DNA of 63,024 bases, the filler included, from Malassezia furfur (lineage: Eukaryota): the NCBI GenBank assembly GCA_052055015.1. It is 10 parts of 10 records of this genome, joined end to end, with 100 filler letters (N's around TTAATTAATTAA, not from the genome) between each part and the next. Parts side by side here need not be neighbours in the genome. Positions count along the whole stretch, not along the records: positions 56,849 to 63,024 come from JBQJIT010000561.1; 9 more parts are not named here. One strand, given 5' to 3'. The first letter of the stretch is position 1; every line of letters begins with the position of its first letter. Below are positions 56,849 to 63,024 of the stretch, piece by piece. The notes beneath the pieces are model-generated. The model ran no database searches, was not told where the DNA came from, and worked only from the letters and a program-made list of their open reading frames with translations. A program made the translations under genes and the position numbers.

Positions 56849-57082
56849 CTCGGTGCGCCGCTCGCCGCGCCCGACGCCACGCATGGCTCCGGCCTGCCGC
56901 CGATGGCCGACCGCTTTGCGGCGGTGCAGCGCGACCCAGCGACGGGCCGCGTGCTTGGCCACAAGGAGTGCATCCCGCCGCTGCTCATCGCGGGCATCGG
57001 CCAGGAACGCAAGGCGGACCGCTACTTTACCCTGCCCGACGCCGTGCCGGGCACGCTCGTAGTGCCCCTGTGGCTCTCGTAG
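56849..57082 (+). CDS. C-terminal fragment of an unidentified gene
   Basis: Open frame ending HKECIPPLLIAGIGQERKADRYFTLPDAVPGTLVVPLWLS*. Confidence 0.5.
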   Translation, partial: LGAPLAAPDATHGSGLPPMADRFAAVQRDPATGRVLGHKECIPPLLIAGIGQERKADRYFTLPDAVPGTLVVPLWLS

Positions 57083-57116
57083 ATGTGGAGGCCTGCGCAG
57101 GGACGCTCGGACGGCC

Positions 57117-58365
57117 ATGGCGCCCGCAGCCCGCTCCGCGCTGTGCTCGGCCAATTTCAATCAGGACTTTAGCTGTATCGCGATCGGCACCCGCACAGGC
57201 TACTCCATCGTGCAGTGCGAGCCATTCACGCGCGTGTTTGCGCAGGGTACGTCGCGCCCGCCCCACTCACGCAGCCGACGCACCCACCGCGCAGGTGGAG
57301 ATGCTGTTCAGCACGAGCCTCGTGACCGTCGTGCCGCTGCCGGACGCCTCCGCGCGCGCCAGCAGCGCCCAGCGCCTGAATGTCATCAACACCAAGCGGC
57401 AGTCGACGATCTGCGAGCTGTCGTTCCCGACCCCGGTGCTCCATGTGCACATGAACCGCCGCCGCCTCGTCGTGGTGCTCCAGGGCGCGCTGTTCGTGTA
57501 CGACATCAGCAACATGAAGCTCCTGCACACCGTGGAGACCGCGCCGAATGCCACAGGGCTGTGTGCGCTCTCGCCCAACTCGGACCAATGCTACATGGCG
57601 TACGCAGGGCCCTTGGCCGGCACCACCGACGGCGCCGCCAGCTCCGGCACTGGCACCGGCACCGTGGTCCTCTACGACCTACTTACCCTCAGTGTTGCGG
57701 GCGTCGTTGCGGCGCACCGCTCGCCCGTTGCCTGCCTGGCCTTCAACGCGAGTGGCACCATGCTGGCGACCGCGAGCGAGAAGGGCACCGTCGTGCGCGT
57801 GTTCTCGGTGCCAGATGGCGCACCGCTGTACCAGTTCCGCCGCGGATCGTACGCCGCGCACATCGGGAGCATCACATTCAACGCCGCGAGTACGCTGCTG
57901 TGCGTCACGTCGGACACCGGCACCGTGCACCTCTTCCAGCTCACGCACACACGCACACACGACACGGCGGGCGATGCAGGGGCGCCGCCAGCGGCACACA
58001 CGGAGCATGCGTCGCCGCGGCGCAGCGCGTCGCTGCGCAACGCGTGGCGGCGGCCGTCGGCGCTCGTGGGATCGGTCGGGGGCTATCTGCCCACATCGCT
58101 CGCGGGGATGTGGGAGCCGGCGCGCGACTTTGCGCATATCAAGCTGCCGAACCCCGGCGTGCGCGCGATCGCAGCCGTGAGCAAGTACGTCGTTGCGCCA
58201 CTCACACGCAGTCTACCCGCACAGGTGATGGTGCTGACCATGGACGGCCACTTCTACGTCTACGCGTTGGATCTCGAGCACGGCGGCGAATGTGTCTTGA
58301 CGAAACGTACGGCATCGACCCACTCACGCACCGAATACTCGCTACTGGACGGCATCATGACGTAG
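57117..58365 (+). CDS. ATG18: PROPPIN autophagy protein Atg18/WIPI
   Basis: NFNQD, EMLFSTSL, LATASEKGTVVRVF, FRRG. Introns 57247-57274, 58185-58211 and a putative GT-CG intron 58307-58333. Confidence 0.95.
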
Positions 58366-58367
58366 GT

Positions 58368-58703
58368 TTACAGCGACGCAACGAGCTTGTCGAGCTCGCC
58401 GGACGACTGCGCGCTGAGCAGCGCATCGCAGCCGCCGAGCTGCTTGCCCGAGATGAAGATGTTGGGCACCGTGCGCTGGCCCGTCTTCTCGAGCAGGTAG
58501 TTTTGGATGTCGGAGCCGTTGCTCACCTCGTCGAGCTCCATCACACCGACCTTCTTCTGGTCGACCTTGAGGTCCGAGATCACGCTCTTGGCGCGGCGGC
58601 AGTACGGGCAGTACGACTTGCTGAACACAGCAATCGCGTTCTCGCTAATAAACTTCTGCGGTCAGCGCACGCCACGCACCTCCGCAGCCTGTTTCGCAGC
58701 CAT
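58368..58703 (-). CDS. Dithiol glutaredoxin
   Basis: FSKSYCPYC, QRTVPNIFI, GGCD. 24-nt intron 58656-58679. Confidence 0.95.
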
Positions 58704-58753
58704 GGTGTCGGGAAGGGTACGTGGACTACGTTGTCACGTGCGTGCGCACGGCC

Positions 58754-59617
58754 CTACGAGAGCAGGATGCAGAAATTGTTGCGCTGCGCGCCGGGCACCA
58801 GCTCGCGCTTCTTGTACACCGTGCCGTCGTAGTACTTGCGCCGGATCGTCTCGAGCGGCGTGTCGCCCGCCTTGGCACGCTTCGGCTTGCGCTGGCGCAG
58901 TAACCAGCGCGTGAGGCGCGCGCTGTCCTCGTTGCGCACCACCTCGTAGCCGGCCGACTCCACAATCGCCTGCAGGTGCGCGTGCGTCAGGTAGCGGCTG
59001 TTGGCGACGCACGCGAGCGGCAGCACCAGGTACACGTAGCCCTGCGGACGTAGGTACTGGTGCGCGTGTAGAAGCATCTCGCCGCGCTTTGCCAGATCGC
59101 CAACAAAGTTGAGCACGAGCGAAAGGCCCACGACGTCGTACCGCTCCGCGGCCGGAGGTACGGGCCAGTCGAAAAAGTCGGACTGGTGGACATGCTCCGC
59201 ACGCGGATTCAGGTCGATGTATGTCGGTGCGATCCACTTGTACTTGGCGTACGCCGTGCCGGCAATCGCACCGACATCCAGCAGCCGGAGGGGGGTATCG
59301 GGCTGCAAAAGCTCCTTGAGCACCTTGGCACTCCACTTGGCCGACTCACCACCGCGCACCACCGCGGCGCCCGTGTTGCTCTGGTCCTGGTACGCCGTGA
59401 GGCCGCCGAGTGCGCGCTGCTCTTCGCGCAGCGCCGCGCGCTCCGCTTCGTCGGTGGTGCGCGCAATCTGTTTCTCGAGCGTGTGGTAGCGCGCAATGTG
59501 CTGGGCGTGCGCATTGGACACCGCCGTCTTTTTGCGGTTCTTGACACCGCCACGCCGTCCGCGCGGACGCACGAGCTTGGGCTTGCGCGCCTTGCGACCC
59601 TCGGGGGCCGTCGACAT
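58754..59617 (-). CDS. BMT2: 25S rRNA adenine-N1 methyltransferase Bmt2
   Basis: GGLTAYQ..S, RGGESAK, LLDVGA, LSLVLNFV...RGEML, RNNFCI. Confidence 0.9.
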   Translation of the reverse strand: MSTAPEGRKARKPKLVRPRGRRGGVKNRKKTAVSNAHAQHIARYHTLEKQIARTTDEAERAALREEQRALGGLTAYQDQSNTGAAVVRGGESAKWSAKVLKELLQPDTPLRLLDVGAIAGTAYAKYKWIAPTYIDLNPRAEHVHQSDFFDWPVPPAAERYDVVGLSLVLNFVGDLAKRGEMLLHAHQYLRPQGYVYLVLPLACVANSRYLTHAHLQAIVESAGYEVVRNEDSARLTRWLLRQRKPKRAKAGDTPLETIRRKYYDGTVYKKRELVPGAQRNNFCILLS

Positions 59618-59694
59618 GAAGGCGGCGGGGGGAAATACTCCACTCGGAATTTTGCACAAAATCTCATATAGGGCGAATTCTACGGAAGGCGGCG

Positions 59695-60508
59695 TTAGGC
59701 AGTCGTGTGTACATTCTCCTGGACGCTGCCGTCGTCCTTCAAGATGGCGATGGAGCCGTCTTCGTTGCCGAAGTAGGCAGCCTTACAGATGTGCGGGAAA
59801 AGGCCGACCTCGACAACACCCGTGATCTTCTTGATCTCGACAAACAGGTTCGCTGGGTCGCGCATGAGGGCCTCGGGGAACGGCGCGTCGATACAGAAGT
59901 TGCTGTTGTCCGTCACGACGGGTCCCGCCTTGGCCTTGGCCATGCGCAGTACGGGACTGATGCTGCCGAGCTCCGTCAGCTTGCGGAGCACGTGCGTCGC
60001 GGCGAAGGGCGCAACCTCGACCGGGATGCCCTGCTTCCACGACTCGCCGAGCACCTTGGAGCGTTTCCGGAAGTCGGCCACGACGATAAATGTCTTGGCG
60101 GCCTCAGCGAGCACCTTTTCGCGCAGCTGACAAGCGCCGCCGCCCTTGATGAGGTTCAGCGCGGTGTCGACCCTGGGGTGAGCCATCTTCCACGTACTCA
60201 TCGGCGCCGTCGAGGGTCACATCGAGCGCCGGGAACATGTCAATGTCGCCGAGCCGGAGCCCACCATCGATGATCAGGTTCTTCGACTGGAAGCCGGTCG
60301 GGACGAACCAGCGATCGCGGTTGACCTCGGCGCCCTGCGCGATGATGCGCTCGACGACGTACGGCACCGTCGAGCCCGACCCGATGCCGATCAGCTTGTG
60401 CTCGGCACGCACGTGGGTGTCGACGGCCGCGTACGCCGCCGCGCGCTTCGCGGACTCGATCAGACTGAGGTTCTTGGCCGCAGACGCTGCCGTGTTTGCT
60501 GCTGCCAT
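59695..60508 (-). CDS. RKI1: Ribose-5-phosphate isomerase A
   Basis: GIGSGSTV, DGADEVD..LNLIKGGG after removing 25-nt intron 60173-60197, GVVEVGLF. Confidence 0.96.
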
Positions 60509-60652
60509 GGTGCGCGAAGCCAGTGCCGGGTCCGCCTGCAGGGTCAGGGCCGCGTGTGGAGCGTGCTGACAAAGCACCGAGCCCGTGCGCGCGGGCGTGC
60601 GTCAGCGCCAAAAAAAAAAATATCGCTCCCACGCGAAGGTCCGCCACCCAAG

Positions 60653-62002
60653 ATGGCCGACGAGCAACTACCGCACGAGCCCGAAGTGGAGCATGGCGAG
60701 GACCTCGTACTGACGAACGACGACGTGGACGCCGATGTGACCGAATCTGCCGAGGCGCCGATGGACGAGGGCGAGGACGCCGAGCAGGACGCGGGCGGCG
60801 ACGACCAGATGGAGTTCCAGGACGACTCGATCGCCGCATTCTACGCACACCGCGCATCGGTGTTCTGCGTGGCGCTGCACCCCAACTTCCCCCAGCCGCC
60901 GATCGCCGTGAGCGGCGGCGAGGACGACCGCGCGTGGCTGTGGAACACGATCGACGGCACCGAAATTGCGCAGCTCAGCGGGCACAGCGACAGTGTCGTG
61001 GCCGTCGCGTTTAGCCACGACGGCGAGATGGTCGCGACCGGCGGCCTCGATGGCCGCGTGCGCGTGTGGCGCCGGCACGGCGATGGTTGGAACACGTGGG
61101 AGTTCCTTACGAACCTCGAGGGCCCCTCCGAGGTGGTGTGGCTCGCTTGGCACCCCAAGGGTCCGGTGCTGGTCGCCGGTGCGAGCGACGCGACCGTGTG
61201 GATGTGGCAGCTGCCGAGCGGCAACACGATGAACGTCTTTAGCGGGCACACGGGCTCGGTCACCTGCGGGCGCTTCACGCCCGACGGCCGCAAGCTCGTC
61301 AGCGCGAGCGACGACGGCTCGCTGATTGTGTGGGACCCGCGCAGTGCGGCGGTGCTCGCCAAGGTCGGCGATGACGACACGCGCTTTGCGCTCGACGGCG
61401 GGATCACGTCGCTGTGCATCTCGCCCGACTCGCGCCTCATCGTCGTCGGTGGTGCGGCGGGCGGCGTGCGCGTGGTGAGTGTGGCGAACCTCGATAGCAC
61501 GGGCGGTGTGTCGGTGGTGGGTGTGCTCAACGGGCACGCCGAGGGCGAGAGCGTCGAGAGCGTCGAGTTTGTCGACCTCGTGCCCGCGGCGTCGACGGGG
61601 CCGTTTAGCGGCCCGACGTCGCGCACCTCGACGCACATCGTGTCGGCCGGCACGGACGGCAAGGCGATTGCGTGGGACCTCACCACGGGCAAGGCGCGTG
61701 GCGAGGCGCTGCACGAAGCGGCGGTCACCAAGCTCGTCGTGCACCCGCACACGCCGCTCTTCACCACCTCGTCGGTGGACCACCTGATCCGCACGTTTGA
61801 CGCGCGGTCCATGCAGACGGTCGGCATCCAGCACGGCTTCACCGACGGCGTGCTCGACGTGGCGGTCGGCATCGACGACGGTCTCACGCAGGGCGCTGAG
61901 ACCGGCGGTGTCGGCGCCTATGCGCATGCGACGCCGTCCAAGGGCTACAAACTGGTCGGCGCGGGCGACGAGGGCGTCGCGCTCGTCTTCCGCCTGCAGT
62001 AG
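60653..62002 (+). CDS. SQT1: WD40 chaperone of uL16, Sqt1/AAMP
   Basis: Acidic N-terminus, DDSIAAFYAH, SGGEDD, WLAWHPKG, GASDATVWMW. Confidence 0.88.
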   Translation: MADEQLPHEPEVEHGEDLVLTNDDVDADVTESAEAPMDEGEDAEQDAGGDDQMEFQDDSIAAFYAHRASVFCVALHPNFPQPPIAVSGGEDDRAWLWNTIDGTEIAQLSGHSDSVVAVAFSHDGEMVATGGLDGRVRVWRRHGDGWNTWEFLTNLEGPSEVVWLAWHPKGPVLVAGASDATVWMWQLPSGNTMNVFSGHTGSVTCGRFTPDGRKLVSASDDGSLIVWDPRSAAVLAKVGDDDTRFALDGGITSLCISPDSRLIVVGGAAGGVRVVSVANLDSTGGVSVVGVLNGHAEGESVESVEFVDLVPAASTGPFSGPTSRTSTHIVSAGTDGKAIAWDLTTGKARGEALHEAAVTKLVVHPHTPLFTTSSVDHLIRTFDARSMQTVGIQHGFTDGVLDVAVGIDDGLTQGAETGGVGAYAHATPSKGYKLVGAGDEGVALVFRLQ

Positions 62003-62016
62003 ATGCATAGAGCCAC

Positions 62017-62858
62017 TCACGCCTGCCAGCAGCACGCACCGAGCGGCGCGGCGAGGCGCGTAAGCAGCAGCGGCCGCGTCTCGCTCCCGTCGTCCGCGAC
62101 CGACTGCCGCGCAAAACTAAACTGCGACTCAGAGCCGTGGGTATACAGTGCGCGTTCGCCGTACGCGACGCCCGCGTCGGCCCGCGCCGGGTCGAGACGG
62201 CCCGCCTCGACGTCAAGCAGGATCTGCCGCGCGCACAGCACGAACGGCACATCGACATTCTCTCCGGTGAGGGACGACGTCTCGGTGAAGAGCACGTCGT
62301 GGGCACGCGCCCATGCGCTCGCCTCAAGAAACTCGACCTCGCGCTCCTCTGCCGCACGGTCGAGCTTGTTGCCGACCAGCACAATCGCGGCGTGCGGCGC
62401 CGCAAGGGCGCGTGCGTCGTCGAGCCACCGCGCAATATCGGCAAACGTCGAGCGACTGGGTGAGTGTGTGTGCGGCGTACCGTGTGATGTCGTACACGAG
62501 CAGCACCGCGGCCGAGCCGCGGTAGTAGCTGCGCGTCACCGAGCTGGGTCAGTGTGCGCGACGTACCGGAAGCGTTCCTGGCCGGCAGTGTCCCAGATCT
62601 GCAGCTTGACATGCCGCCCACCGACCATCACGATCCGGCTCGCAAACTCGACGCCAATCGTCTGCGAAGAGGGCGCCTTGGCTGCGTCAGCCCACGCGGC
62701 GTACCCTGACGGTCCACAAAATGGTGGACGAGGCAGCTTTTCCCGGTGCCCGACTCGCCTGCGTCAGCACGCCACCTACCTATTACAATAGCCTTGACGA
62801 GCACATCTGTGTGAGCCATGCACGTACCGTACGCGCCGCGCGGCGTCGCCCGGTGCAT
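62017..62858 (-). CDS. Rab GTPase, Rab4/Rab2/Rab14 group
   Basis: [45 protein letters not shown]-terminal CC. Five introns: 62807-62827, 62759-62779, 62682-62704, 62544-62566, 62456-62480. Confidence 0.92.
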
Positions 62859-63024
62859 CCTGGCGCCGCCGTCGGGCGCAGCGCCGTGCTCCGTGCGCTC
62901 GGCCGCGCGCGTATGCGCACGTGACCTACGCGTCGAGATCAACACAGCGGGCGTAGAAGTTGCAGCAGGGGGGCGCGCCGACTTGGCGAGAGCGAGCATG
63001 TCGTTCCACGCGCTGGCGCCGCCG

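Noticed and set aside
270..62035. Many long overlapping or antisense ORFs (e.g. 12839-15691, 16633-18987, 32029-34413, 52096-54789)
   Set aside because: Shadow frames expected from very high GC and codon bias. They are Arg/Ala-rich, lack recognisable domains and overlap well-supported genes.
1..63024. Prokaryotic systems (CRISPR, defence islands, operons) suggested by GC content and gene density
   Set aside because: Every identifiable gene is a eukaryotic fungal orthologue, many with spliceosomal introns; no repeat-spacer array, cas, integrase or transposase was seen.
62926..63024. Possible 3' tail of a minus-strand gene (…CCNFYARCVDLDA*)
   Set aside because: Too short at the window edge to assign a frame or product with confidence.

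Overview
This is not one locus. It is ten unlinked ~6.2-kb contigs of a draft eukaryotic assembly, joined in decreasing-length order by artificial 100-nt spacers (N44-TTAATTAATTAA-N44). The DNA is very GC-rich, extremely gene-dense and fungal; gene content and tiny introns point to a Malassezia-like basidiomycete yeast (inference). About 45 mostly housekeeping genes or gene fragments can be read, including a Cid1-family nucleotidyltransferase, TFIIIC Tfc3, G-alpha, Cyb2, Uso1, Ist3/RBMX2, Vma5, Tpt1, DHFR, GluRS, separase, Rpt6, Elp4, Orc4, Utp13, cyanase, Erd1, Rpl2, Aar2, Tlg2, Kgd4, NDUFB7, Rat1, Flx1, Pmt1, Fau1, Atg18, glutaredoxin, Bmt2, Rki1, Sqt1 and a Rab4-like GTPase. No transposon, CRISPR array, tRNA or rRNA was recognised. 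The most notable signals are: (1) 50 manually reconstructed spliceosomal introns of 21-39 nt with both floor and mode at 21 nt, many frame-preserving and stop-free; (2) an apparent GT-CG intron in ATG18; (3) a single in-frame TAG interrupting an otherwise long ORF; (4) a CACGTG palindrome recurring in the very short promoters; (5) a hairpin-rich ~300-nt intergenic element flanked by direct repeats; (6) same-strand genes only 14-35 nt apart. All coordinates were read by eye, and family calls rest on recognised motifs rather than database searches.
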